Positions 20,135 to 29,327 of a DNA stretch of 64,000 nt are shown in pieces. The stretch is from the IMG/VR virus record IMGVR_UViG_3300045988_130366; one strand, given 5' to 3'. Source of the stretch: a virus. Within the stretch, counting starts at the first letter, position 1, and each line of letters opens with the position of its first letter. The position numbers and the translations under genes are program-made. The notes beneath the pieces are model-generated. The model was not told where the DNA came from and searched no databases. It was given only the letters and a program-made list of their open reading frames with translations.

Positions 20135-21127
20135 ATGATTACTGCAATTATAGCAATTTTTTGTCTTATATTGGGGGCTGGGTTAGTATATCTGTTTATG
20201 CAACCAAAAGTCAAAGTTACTCAAGAGGAAGATAAAGAAATTCTCGAAAAGAATAAAGCCGTTCAATTTGAGTTACAAGCAATGGAGCAAAGAACGGATT
20301 ACTTAAAAGAACAATATGAACAAAAATTGCAAGAATATAAACAATTAAAACAAGATGTTGATAAAGAATATAAAACTTCAGAAGAAAGTGCAAAGAAATA
20401 TTATCAACAAATGCTTGATTTTTATAAACAGAAATTTCACACTGATACAGAAGAAATTCATGCTATTTTCATGGACACCAAACACAGTTTAGAAGATAGT
20501 TATGAAGAATTGGCTAAAGATTTAGTACAGGATTATTTGGATAAAGAGCAAGAAAGTGTCCAAAAGATAAAGAAGTTAAATGAAAAAATTCAATTTGAAG
20601 AATCTCAGTTAGAAGATTTGCGGCATAAGGTAGAGGCCGCAGTTGCATATGATAAACGCAATGAAGAGAACAAGAATAAAACTGATTTTTACAAATTAAA
20701 TTTAACTCAAGATGATTTAGATGAAATTTGTGAATTAAGAAAAATTATTTCTCATTTCAGAAATCCTGAACCTGTTAATAAGGTTATATGGAAAACATAT
20801 TATGAGAAGCCTTATACTGATTTAATTGGTAGAGTAATTGGTTCTGGCGTTCATTGCGGCATTTATAAAATCACAAATTTACAAAATAATATGTGTTATG
20901 TCGGACAGAGTACGAATATTGCTGAACGTTGGAAACAGCATATTAAGCGTGGATTGGGCGCAGATACTCCGACCCGCAATAAACTTTATCCTATTATGCA
21001 GGCTGTTGGAGTTGAAAATTTTTCATTTGAAATCATTGAAGAATGTACAAAATCTCAATTAAATGATAGAGAAGATTATTGGCAAGATTTTTTTAAAGCA
21101 AAAGAATTCGGTTATAGTATAAAATAA
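20135..21127 (+). CDS. membrane-anchored coiled-coil protein with C-terminal minimal GIY-YIG nuclease domain
   Basis: N-terminal TM helix (ITAIIAIFCLILGAGLVYLF), ~200 aa E/K/Q coiled-coil, C-terminal GIYKITNLQNNMCYVGQSTNIAERWKQHIKRG…. Confidence 0.6.
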   Translation: MITAIIAIFCLILGAGLVYLFMQPKVKVTQEEDKEILEKNKAVQFELQAMEQRTDYLKEQYEQKLQEYKQLKQDVDKEYKTSEESAKKYYQQMLDFYKQKFHTDTEEIHAIFMDTKHSLEDSYEELAKDLVQDYLDKEQESVQKIKKLNEKIQFEESQLEDLRHKVEAAVAYDKRNEENKNKTDFYKLNLTQDDLDEICELRKIISHFRNPEPVNKVIWKTYYEKPYTDLIGRVIGSGVHCGIYKITNLQNNMCYVGQSTNIAERWKQHIKRGLGADTPTRNKLYPIMQAVGVENFSFEIIEECTKSQLNDREDYWQDFFKAKEFGYSIK

Positions 21128-21142
21128 AAGGAGAAAATTGTT

Positions 21143-21436
21143 ATGTATAGAATTATTGATGGACGAGGAACAGGAAAAACTTCTCGATTATTCTTACTTG
21201 CAAAAGAAGCAGGTGTTCCGATTATTTGTCAGTGTCCGCAAGATATGAGAGAAAGAGCTTATTCTTATGGAATAACTGGCATTGATTTTATTAGTTATCA
21301 AGAAGCCCTTACCGCAGGAGACATGTCTGATACTGCTAAAGAGGTCTTTATTGATAATATTGAACAATTTTCTTATTATATATTAATGAAGAATCATTTT
21401 AAGTTGAAAGGATTTACAGTATCAAATGAAGATTAA
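21143..21436 (+). CDS. hypothetical protein (degenerate P-loop GRGTGKTS)
   Basis: ORF with RBS AAAGGAG. Confidence 0.4.
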   Translation: MYRIIDGRGTGKTSRLFLLAKEAGVPIICQCPQDMRERAYSYGITGIDFISYQEALTAGDMSDTAKEVFIDNIEQFSYYILMKNHFKLKGFTVSNED

Positions 21437-21749
21437 AGTATTTACAACTGACCAAAAAGGCTATATTACTTTAACGCAGAAAGAACTTCAAGAACTTTTA
21501 AATGAAGCTTATTGGGAAGGTTATAATGAGGGAAATAGACCTATACCAACTTATCCTAATCGTCCAAATCCTTACTATTGGACTACTGCAACAAACGGTA
21601 ATGTAACTTTATTAAATAATCCAGATGTTACTAATAATGCTAAAATTAGTACACCCACAGTAACAACTACTACTGGAAATTTATCAATTAAAGCAGAAGA
21701 TATGAAACCATATTCAATTAGTTATGATACAAAAATCAGAGGTAAATAA
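21426..21749 (+). CDS. hypothetical protein
   Basis: overlapping-start ORF. Confidence 0.4.
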   Translation: MKIKVFTTDQKGYITLTQKELQELLNEAYWEGYNEGNRPIPTYPNRPNPYYWTTATNGNVTLLNNPDVTNNAKISTPTVTTTTGNLSIKAEDMKPYSISYDTKIRGK

Positions 21750-21752
21750 AGA

Positions 21753-22649
21753 ATGAAATTTGAAAATATAAAAGTTTATAATTTTGAAAATGCTTTAAGA
21801 GGAATGAGAAATCCAAAAAACTCTTGGAATTTAAGCGATAGTTATTTTGGGCTTATCAATATAGACGATGATGAGCACGATTATGAGGTTGCTGAAGAGT
21901 GGGTTCAGAAAAAGTTTCCTAATTATCCATCTGATACAGATAATGAGGCTCTTATGGCTCAAGAGGAATATGATAGATGGCTTTTAAGCAATGGTATTCT
22001 TGAAATTAATTTTGACCATCAGTTAGCTAATGTCGCTTTTATTGGTCCGAATGATATGAAGCTTGCTAAAGCTCTTATTAATGGCGGTTCCGAGCATAGA
22101 AAATTTTTAAGACAAATTATGGTAACAGTTGACATTACAGCCCCACTTTACTGGTTCAAAGAATTTGATACTTACAAAATTGGCACAACTGCAAATTCTA
22201 CATCTACAATGCATAAACTTACGAGCAAGCCAATCACAAAAGATTGTTTTGAAATTGATGATTATGACCAAGATTTATCTGTCGATTTTACAGACCAATC
22301 TCTTGCTGGAGAAAATGGTTTTACTGACCACTGGCATATGGATATGTTTGTTGATGACCTTATTGATAGATTAGAAGAGCTTAGACTTGCTTATTTACAA
22401 ACTAAAGATAAACGCTATTGGAAAGAACTCGTTCGTTGGTTACCAGAGTCTTGGCTTCAGACAAGAACTGTCACAATGAATTATGAAAACGTTCTGGCTA
22501 TGGTTCATCAGAGGGGCCATCATAAACTTACAGAATGGTCTGGAGATGGCGAAGAATTTATCAATGAAAGTTTCATTAAATTTGCTCATTCTTTACCTTA
22601 TTCTGACGATTTTATCTTTACAGACAACAATACAACAGAAAGTAAGTAA
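21753..22649 (+). CDS. ThyX-like (flavin-dependent thymidylate synthase fold) protein, divergent
   Basis: Pattern HRKFLRQIMVTVDITAPLYWFKEFDTYKIG parallels ThyX …[24 protein letters not shown]… but RHR replaced; C-terminal …R.GHH..EW resembles ThyX LRxD.HAQWEI; from memory only. Confidence 0.35.
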   Translation: MKFENIKVYNFENALRGMRNPKNSWNLSDSYFGLINIDDDEHDYEVAEEWVQKKFPNYPSDTDNEALMAQEEYDRWLLSNGILEINFDHQLANVAFIGPNDMKLAKALINGGSEHRKFLRQIMVTVDITAPLYWFKEFDTYKIGTTANSTSTMHKLTSKPITKDCFEIDDYDQDLSVDFTDQSLAGENGFTDHWHMDMFVDDLIDRLEELRLAYLQTKDKRYWKELVRWLPESWLQTRTVTMNYENVLAMVHQRGHHKLTEWSGDGEEFINESFIKFAHSLPYSDDFIFTDNNTTESK

Positions 22650-22667
22650 AACAATATTGATTTTTAT

Positions 22668-22690
22668 TTAAAAAAATGTTATAATATACT
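22668..22690 (+). promoter_or_regulatory. conserved promoter motif AAAAAAATGTTATAAT with TTGATT -35
   Basis: Same 16-mer as at 19447; TTGATT 17 nt upstream. Confidence 0.5.
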
Positions 22691-22696
22691 TATAAG

Positions 22697-23080
22697 ATGA
22701 AAGATGAAAGCGAGTTAAAGAGAATGAGTAAAAAAGAAAAATTTATTGAATGTATAGATTCATTATTTGCAGATTTAGATATGGCAGATATTGACCCAGA
22801 TGTAATTGCTTATTGGGAGGCTTTTAAAGGTAAAGGTACTTCTGATAAACCATTATTTACTGATAATGGAAAAATGATTTTAAAATATATGCAAGAGCAT
22901 ATTTCTGATATGCCAATGGGTAAAGCAAAAGATATTGCTGAAGGAATGTTTGTTTCTTCAAGAACTGTATCTGGTGCAATTCAGAAACTTGTTAAAGATG
23001 GATATGTTGAGAAGATTGGGTCAGACCCAGTTGTCTATGCTTTAACAGATAATGGAAAAACAGTTAATATTAATGATTAA
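22697..23080 (+). CDS. putative winged-helix DNA-binding protein
   Basis: C-terminal …SSRTVSGAIQKLVKDGYVEKIG… wHTH-like segment. Confidence 0.4.
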   Translation: MKDESELKRMSKKEKFIECIDSLFADLDMADIDPDVIAYWEAFKGKGTSDKPLFTDNGKMILKYMQEHISDMPMGKAKDIAEGMFVSSRTVSGAIQKLVKDGYVEKIGSDPVVYALTDNGKTVNIND

Positions 23081-23122
23081 TTAAATAAAAAGAATAAATA
23101 TAATTAAGGAGAATAGAATAAT

Positions 23123-24070
23123 ATGAAGAGTATGGTGAATCGTACACATTTGGAAGGGTTTATTTATGAGCATGACTTACAGTTAAGAGAGTCTGGTGCA
23201 AATTCAAAACATCCAGGAACTAAATTTATCATGGGTAATCTTAGTATTGCTACTGATAATGATATGACAAATATTGTACCTGTTCATTTTACATATGTAA
23301 CAGCAACAACTGCAAAAGGAAATTCCAATGCAACATTTGGTATTCTTAATCAGATTATCAATGGAGAACTTGGTTCTGTAATGGAGCATGGTAAAGAGAA
23401 TGCAGCAAAAGTTCGTGTTGATTCCGCAGTTGGCTTAAATGAGTTTTATTCTGATAAAAATGGTGAAGAGAAGCTTGTTTCTGTTAAAAGAAATGAAGGC
23501 GGATTTGTTCATACTTGTGTTGATTTGAATGAAGACGAGAAAATGAGAAATACTTTTGAAGCTGATATTCTTATCACAAATGTAAGAACTATTGATGCAA
23601 ATGAGGAGCAGAATACTCCTGAGAAAGCTATCATCAAAGGTGCGATTTTTGATTTCAGAGGTGCGGTTCTTCCTGTTGAATTTTCAGCAATTAATCCAGG
23701 AGCTATCTCTTATTTTGAGGGACTTGGCGCGTCTGCAAAAGAGCCTGTATTTACAAAAGTAAAAGGTCGTCAGGTATCTGAAGTAATTACTCGTACAATT
23801 ACTGAAGAGTCTGCATTTGGTGAGCCTTATGTAAGAACAGTTCAGTCTAATAGAAAAGATTGGGTTATCACTTGGGCTCTTCCAGATCCGTATGTATGGG
23901 ATGATGCAAGCACAATTACTGCGGCAGAGCTGACTGAAGCTCTTGCAAACAGAGAAGTTTATCTTGCTGATGTAAAGAAACGTCAGGATGAGTATAAAGC
24001 TTCTAAAGGACAGGCAGCTGCTCCAACTTCTGCAACTCCTGCAAAGGGCGGCGGCGCATTTAACTTCTAA
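23123..24070 (+). CDS. hypothetical protein (possibly ssDNA-binding/recombination-associated by position upstream of Sak4)
   Basis: ORF with RBS AAGGAG; no recognisable motifs. Confidence 0.45.
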   Translation: MKSMVNRTHLEGFIYEHDLQLRESGANSKHPGTKFIMGNLSIATDNDMTNIVPVHFTYVTATTAKGNSNATFGILNQIINGELGSVMEHGKENAAKVRVDSAVGLNEFYSDKNGEEKLVSVKRNEGGFVHTCVDLNEDEKMRNTFEADILITNVRTIDANEEQNTPEKAIIKGAIFDFRGAVLPVEFSAINPGAISYFEGLGASAKEPVFTKVKGRQVSEVITRTITEESAFGEPYVRTVQSNRKDWVITWALPDPYVWDDASTITAAELTEALANREVYLADVKKRQDEYKASKGQAAAPTSATPAKGGGAFNF

Positions 24071-24293
24071 TGACAGTTTCTGAATTTATTATTTTACTAC
24101 AGTCGTATCCAAAAGATGCGATTGTAGTAAATGATATGGGAATTATATCAAAAGAAGATATTTATATACAAAATGAATTTTATAATGGTGACAGTGCAAA
24201 TCCTAATTGTGAAATTTTAAAAGATGTTGTAAGAATTGATTAAAATAAAAATTGCGGGTGGTCGGATGCCAATGCCGCAAGAAGGAGAAAAGA

Positions 24294-25271
24294 ATGGGAA
24301 TTAATTTATTAAATATTGAGCCACATAAGGTTAGTAAAGATTTAAGTGGATATATCACTTATATCTATGGGGCTCCTAAAACAGGAAAAACAACTTTAGC
24401 AGTTCAGATGCCAAAAACACTTTTACTCGCTTTTGAACGTGGATACAATGCATTGCCTGGTGTAATCGCTCAGGATGTTACCTCTTGGGGAGACATGAAA
24501 CAGGTTATGAGAGAGCTTAAAAAACCAGAAGTTAAGGCTAATTTTGATGCCGTAGTTGTTGATACTATTGATATTGCTTCTGATTTTTGTCAGAAATATA
24601 TTTGTCAGCAAAAAGGTATTGAGGCTCTTGGAGACCTTGGATATGGAAAAGGTTGGACTGCTTTCAAAGATGAATTTAATGATGTATTTAGAGGTTTAAC
24701 TCAGTTAGGATATGCAGTATTTTTCATCGGTCACCACAAAGAGCAGACAATTACAAATGATGATGGAACAGAAAAAATTGTAATTCGTCCTGCACTTAGT
24801 AATTCAACAAGACAGGTTATTGAAGGTATGGCTGATATTTATGGATATGCTCATCAGTCTAATAAGAATGAAATGTCTGTATTAACACTTCGTTGTCCAG
24901 ATGATTCTATTAGCTGTGGTGGTCGTTTTAAATATATCGCAAGTGAGTTTCCAATGAGTTATGATAATCTCGTAGAAGAGATTCATAGAGCTATTGATAA
25001 AGAAGCTCTTGAGCATGGTAATCAGTATGTTACAGATGAACGTGAAAAACCTGTTGAGAAAGAGGAATTAAATTATGATGCATTAATGAATAAGTTCCAG
25101 GAGTTAGTTGGTAATTTAATGCAGACTTCTGAGGCTAATGGACCTAAGATTACAAAGATTATTGAGAAATATCTTGGCAAAGGTCGTAAAATTGCGGATG
25201 CAACTCCAGAGCAAGTTGAGATGATTAACTTAATTGTAACTGAGATTGAAGATGAATTAATGCATAGCTAA
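24294..25271 (+). CDS. Sak4-like / RecA-superfamily ATPase (AAA_24)
   Basis: Walker A YGAPKTGKTT, Walker B VVVDTID; RBS AAGGAGAAAAGA before ATG 24294. Confidence 0.75.
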   Translation: MGINLLNIEPHKVSKDLSGYITYIYGAPKTGKTTLAVQMPKTLLLAFERGYNALPGVIAQDVTSWGDMKQVMRELKKPEVKANFDAVVVDTIDIASDFCQKYICQQKGIEALGDLGYGKGWTAFKDEFNDVFRGLTQLGYAVFFIGHHKEQTITNDDGTEKIVIRPALSNSTRQVIEGMADIYGYAHQSNKNEMSVLTLRCPDDSISCGGRFKYIASEFPMSYDNLVEEIHRAIDKEALEHGNQYVTDEREKPVEKEELNYDALMNKFQELVGNLMQTSEANGPKITKIIEKYLGKGRKIADATPEQVEMINLIVTEIEDELMHS

Positions 25272-25286
25272 GATATATAATCTTAA

Positions 25287-25323
25287 AGTCAATCCAAGTT
25301 ATATCCTTGGATTGACTTTTTTA
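25287..25323 (+). terminator. rho-independent terminator
   Basis: AGTCAATCCAAG…CTTGGATTGACT hairpin + T6. Confidence 0.8.
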
Positions 25324-25374
25324 TTGAAAAATGATATAATATTATTATAGATTGGGAGAAAGGAGTAAGAATAT

Positions 25375-25902
25375 TTGGCACATAAAGTAAAATGTATATA
25401 TTGTCATCAAACGTTTGATAGAGATAAATATTCTTTTGTTCAAGTCTCACCAAGAAGATACGCTCATACTGAATGTGCAAGTAAAGAGCAAAGTCGATTA
25501 AAACAAGAAGAAGCTGATAAAATAGCTTTAGAAGAATATATCATTAAATTGTTGGGCGATGACTTTATAACTCCAAGAGTTAGAAAACAAATAAATACAT
25601 ACATTGAACAATACCAATATACTTATTCAGGAATTAGAAAAGCTTTAGTTTATTTTTATGAGATAAAAGGTAATTCTACAGAAAAGGCAAATGGCGGCAT
25701 AGGTATCGTTCCTTATGTTTATAAAGATGCTTTTAATTATTATTATTCCATTTGGGAAGCGAATCAAAAAAATCAAGATAAAGATGTTCAAGAGTTTGTT
25801 TCAAAGGAAAAAGTTATAAAAATCGAACCCCCAAAAAGGAATTTGAGAAAACGGAGATTATTTGCATTTTTAGACGAGGAGGAAGCTGAGAGTGGCGAGT
25901 AA
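25375..25902 (+). CDS. hypothetical zinc-finger protein (candidate helicase-loader/replication accessory by position)
   Basis: CIYCHQ…HTEC; directly upstream and overlapping DnaB-like gene. Confidence 0.4.
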   Translation: MAHKVKCIYCHQTFDRDKYSFVQVSPRRYAHTECASKEQSRLKQEEADKIALEEYIIKLLGDDFITPRVRKQINTYIEQYQYTYSGIRKALVYFYEIKGNSTEKANGGIGIVPYVYKDAFNYYYSIWEANQKNQDKDVQEFVSKEKVIKIEPPKRNLRKRRLFAFLDEEEAESGE

Positions 25903-27433
25903 GTATGTCGATGTGACTGCAATAATGCAGGTAATTGGATGTGTTTATAATAATCCTCAGATTTTGGAGTTTGAAGATAAATATACTATTACAGATGAAG
26001 ATTTTCCAGATGAATTTCATAGAACTGTATTTGGTGCTATTTATAAAGTTTATGAACTTGGAGCAAAAACTATCACGTTAGAAAACTTAGCGGATTTTTT
26101 AAGTTCAAGACCAAAATCTGCGGCAATATATAAAAAAAATGATGGCGATAAATGGCTATTAAAAGTAGCTGATGTTGCATCTCAGTTATCTTTTGATTTC
26201 TATTATAATAGATTAAAGAAGATGACATTATTAAGAGCGTATGATAATTATGGAGTAGATGTTTCTGATATCTATGACCCAGACAATATCTTAGATATAA
26301 AAAAGAAACAACTTCAAGAAGATTTGTTAGATAATTCTTCTTTAGAGGAAATTGCGGATAAGGTTGACCGCAAGATAAGTGATATTCGTTTAAAATATGT
26401 TGATGACACTACTGGAGAAGCTATTCAAGCTGGAAAAGGTGTTTTACAATTAATTCAGAAATTTAAAGACCATCCAGAAGTAGGAGTGCCTCTTTATGGA
26501 AGGTTAGTAAATACAGTTACTCGTGGAGCAAGATTAAAGAAGTTTTATTTACGTTCTGCGGCAACTGGTATAGGAAAGACTCGTTCAATGATTGCGGACG
26601 CTTGTAATATAGCTTGTAATAAGATATATGATGAGTCTTTTGGATGGATTAAGAATGGTACATCTGAGCCAACTTTGTTTATTACAACAGAGCAGGAACT
26701 TGAAGAAATCCAAACAATGATGTTAGCTTTTCTTTCTAATGTAAATGAAGAACATATCATTAATGGTGAGTATGAGGGCGATGAAGAAGAGCGAGTCATT
26801 AAAGCTGGAGAGATTCTTGAAAGCAGTCCATTATATGTAGAAGAGTTACCAGATTTTTCATTGAAAGATGTCGAGAATGTAATTAAGAAAAATATTCGTG
26901 ACCATGATGTTAAGTATATTTTTCACGATTATATTCATACCAGTTTGAAAATTTTAGAAGAAATCACAAAAAGAAGTGGTGGAGTTAAACTTCGTGAAGA
27001 TAATATCTTATTTATGTTATCAAATAAATTAAAAGATATTTGTAATCAGTATGGAGTCTTTATTATGTCTGCAACGCAGTTAAATGGAGATTATCAAGAA
27101 GCTAAAACTCCTGACCAGAATTTACTTCGTGGTGCAAAATCTATTGCTGATAAGATTGATTATGGTTCAATTTTATTAAGTGTTAAAGAAGAAGATATTG
27201 ATGCTCTTGATTCAATTCTTTCTTCAAATATTTTTGAAAAGCCTACTATTAAAATGTCTGTTTACAAGAATAGACGTGGTAGATATAAAGGAATTATTAT
27301 GTGGTGTAAAGCAGATTTAGGTACTTGTAGAATCCAACCTATGTTCTGTACTACATATGATTATGAACTTATTAACATGGATGATATAAAAATTATTGTA
27401 GAGAAAGGTGCTTGGGACGATGATGAAGAGTGA
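25892..27433 (+). CDS. dnaB: DnaB-like replicative helicase
   Basis: DnaB N-terminal domain, RecA-like core with Walker A SAATGIGKTR, arginine finger region. Confidence 0.8.
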   Translation: MASKYVDVTAIMQVIGCVYNNPQILEFEDKYTITDEDFPDEFHRTVFGAIYKVYELGAKTITLENLADFLSSRPKSAAIYKKNDGDKWLLKVADVASQLSFDFYYNRLKKMTLLRAYDNYGVDVSDIYDPDNILDIKKKQLQEDLLDNSSLEEIADKVDRKISDIRLKYVDDTTGEAIQAGKGVLQLIQKFKDHPEVGVPLYGRLVNTVTRGARLKKFYLRSAATGIGKTRSMIADACNIACNKIYDESFGWIKNGTSEPTLFITTEQELEEIQTMMLAFLSNVNEEHIINGEYEGDEEERVIKAGEILESSPLYVEELPDFSLKDVENVIKKNIRDHDVKYIFHDYIHTSLKILEEITKRSGGVKLREDNILFMLSNKLKDICNQYGVFIMSATQLNGDYQEAKTPDQNLLRGAKSIADKIDYGSILLSVKEEDIDALDSILSSNIFEKPTIKMSVYKNRRGRYKGIIMWCKADLGTCRIQPMFCTTYDYELINMDDIKIIVEKGAWDDDEE

Positions 27434-27710
27434 AAAAACTTACAGCAAGAAAAATTATAAGGTAAACAATTTTACAAAAAAGAAAACTAAAAAGAAAGAA
27501 AGCAGAGTGGCAAAAATTGCTCGTCAGTATGTAGCTCCAAAAGAAATTAGAGCTGGTATGCAGTTTGAGTATAAAATGCCTATTCCTATGTATGAGGACA
27601 TTCTTAAAGAGTGCAAAAAAGATGGCGGCGAGGCTCAGGTATATCTTTGCAATTGGGTAAATGAGCAGTTCGGATTGCTTGGAACTTGCGTAAGAGTTAT
27701 CCCAGGTTAA
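27408..27710 (+). CDS. hypothetical basic protein
   Basis: ORF. Confidence 0.35.
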   Translation: MLGTMMKSEKTYSKKNYKVNNFTKKKTKKKESRVAKIARQYVAPKEIRAGMQFEYKMPIPMYEDILKECKKDGGEAQVYLCNWVNEQFGLLGTCVRVIPG

Positions 27711-27714
27711 TATT

Positions 27715-27903
27715 ATGGATAAGCAAGAAATAACAATTCTTCGACTTATGGGACAAGATAAATTCGTTGCTGGCAGAAAATTAACTCTGTCAGCAGACGA
27801 ATATAAAATAACTGGTCCAATGAAAGAGTTTGAAGAACAAACTGGAATAGATTTGACCGCAATAACAGATTTAACATTCTTTTGGCCAGAAAGTGAAAAG
27901 TAA
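27715..27903 (+). CDS. hypothetical small protein
   Basis: ORF. Confidence 0.3.
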   Translation: MDKQEITILRLMGQDKFVAGRKLTLSADEYKITGPMKEFEEQTGIDLTAITDLTFFWPESEK

Positions 27904-29010
27904 ATGATTAATTATGATAAGAGTGAAATTAGAGAAGTTTTAGAATTAGAAAATATATTTGAGTTATTGCAAGAGTGGGGAGGAGACCCAGAGTATACTG
28001 GCTTTGGAATCCTCTCTTCTACTATATGTCATAATGAACCAGGAGAAGGAAGTCGTAAACTGTATTATTATAATAATTCAGGTTTATTTAGATGTTATAC
28101 TGGTTGTGATAGTTATTTCGATATTTTTGAATTAACAAGAAAAGTTGCTAAAATTCAATGGTCAGAAGAATATGACTTAAATGATGCGGTGCGATGGGTT
28201 GCAAGAAGATTCGGTATCGCAGGAAAAAATGAAGATGGTTCTGAATCTGATGATAAAATTGAAGATTGGAAACTTTTAGCGAATTATGAAAAAATAAAAG
28301 AAATAGAATTAAGAGAAAATAAGATAGAATTAAAAGAATTTAATACAGATATTTTAACACGATTTAATTATAATGTTCTTATTATGCCTTGGATAAAAGA
28401 AGGAATAACTAATGAAGTTATGAAACTTGCTCAGATAGGTTATTATCCAGGAGCAGACCAAATTACAATTCCACATTTCGATGTTAATGGTAGGTTTATT
28501 GGTTTAAGAGGTCGAACTTTAATTGCGGATGAGGCTGAAATATATGGAAAATATAGACCTATGCGAATTAATAAACTATTATATAATCATCCTCTTGGAA
28601 TGAATCTATATGGTTTAAATTGGAGCAAAGATAATATTAAAACAATGGGAAAAGCCATTGTTTTTGAATCTGAAAAATCTGTATTAATGTATGCAAGTTA
28701 TTTTGGTTGGGATAATAATATTTCGGTTGCTTGTTGCGGTTCAAGTTTGTCCGCAAGGCAAATTCAATTATTGAAAGATGCTGGGGCAAAAGAAATTATT
28801 ATTGCTTTTGATAGACAGTTTCAAGAAATTGGAGATAAAGAATTTAAACACTTAACAAGAAATCTTACAAGAATTAATGATAAATATAAAAATGATGTAA
28901 ATATTAGCTTTATATTTGATAAAAATATGATTACTGGATATAAAGCAAGTCCAATAGACGAAGGCTCTGAAAAATTTCTCACATTATTTAAAGAAAGGAT
29001 TTTATTATGA
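27904..29010 (+). CDS. dnaG: DnaG-like DNA primase (Zn-binding + TOPRIM)
   Basis: CHNEPGEG…FRCYTGCD zinc-binding motif; TOPRIM (…IVFESEKSVLM… CCGSS…IIIAFD). Confidence 0.75.
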   Translation: MINYDKSEIREVLELENIFELLQEWGGDPEYTGFGILSSTICHNEPGEGSRKLYYYNNSGLFRCYTGCDSYFDIFELTRKVAKIQWSEEYDLNDAVRWVARRFGIAGKNEDGSESDDKIEDWKLLANYEKIKEIELRENKIELKEFNTDILTRFNYNVLIMPWIKEGITNEVMKLAQIGYYPGADQITIPHFDVNGRFIGLRGRTLIADEAEIYGKYRPMRINKLLYNHPLGMNLYGLNWSKDNIKTMGKAIVFESEKSVLMYASYFGWDNNISVACCGSSLSARQIQLLKDAGAKEIIIAFDRQFQEIGDKEFKHLTRNLTRINDKYKNDVNISFIFDKNMITGYKASPIDEGSEKFLTLFKERILL

Positions 29011-29309
29011 TAGTAGATGAACCTTTTAACCCTAATAAATACCCATTAAGAGATTACGCAGGATTTAGTATAGAAGTGCCTATTCATGGAGATAGATATA
29101 GCGCCAGAGGTAAATTTTCTCGGGCGCATAGGGAAATGTTAGATATTATTGATGCAAATATGATTAGTTTTACTTTTCAAGATTATTGGGAGTTTAATGA
29201 ATTTGTAGGTATGTTAAATGAAATGAAAAAATCCCTTGAAGAAAAAGCTGGATATGGAAAAGAAGTTAGTTCAGTGAATAAAATTAATTTTGATGATAAG
29301 GGAGTGTGA
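29007..29309 (+). CDS. hypothetical protein
   Basis: ORF overlapping primase stop. Confidence 0.4.
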   Translation: MIVDEPFNPNKYPLRDYAGFSIEVPIHGDRYSARGKFSRAHREMLDIIDANMISFTFQDYWEFNEFVGMLNEMKKSLEEKAGYGKEVSSVNKINFDDKGV

Positions 29310-29327
29310 TGGACAAATGAAAGGAGG

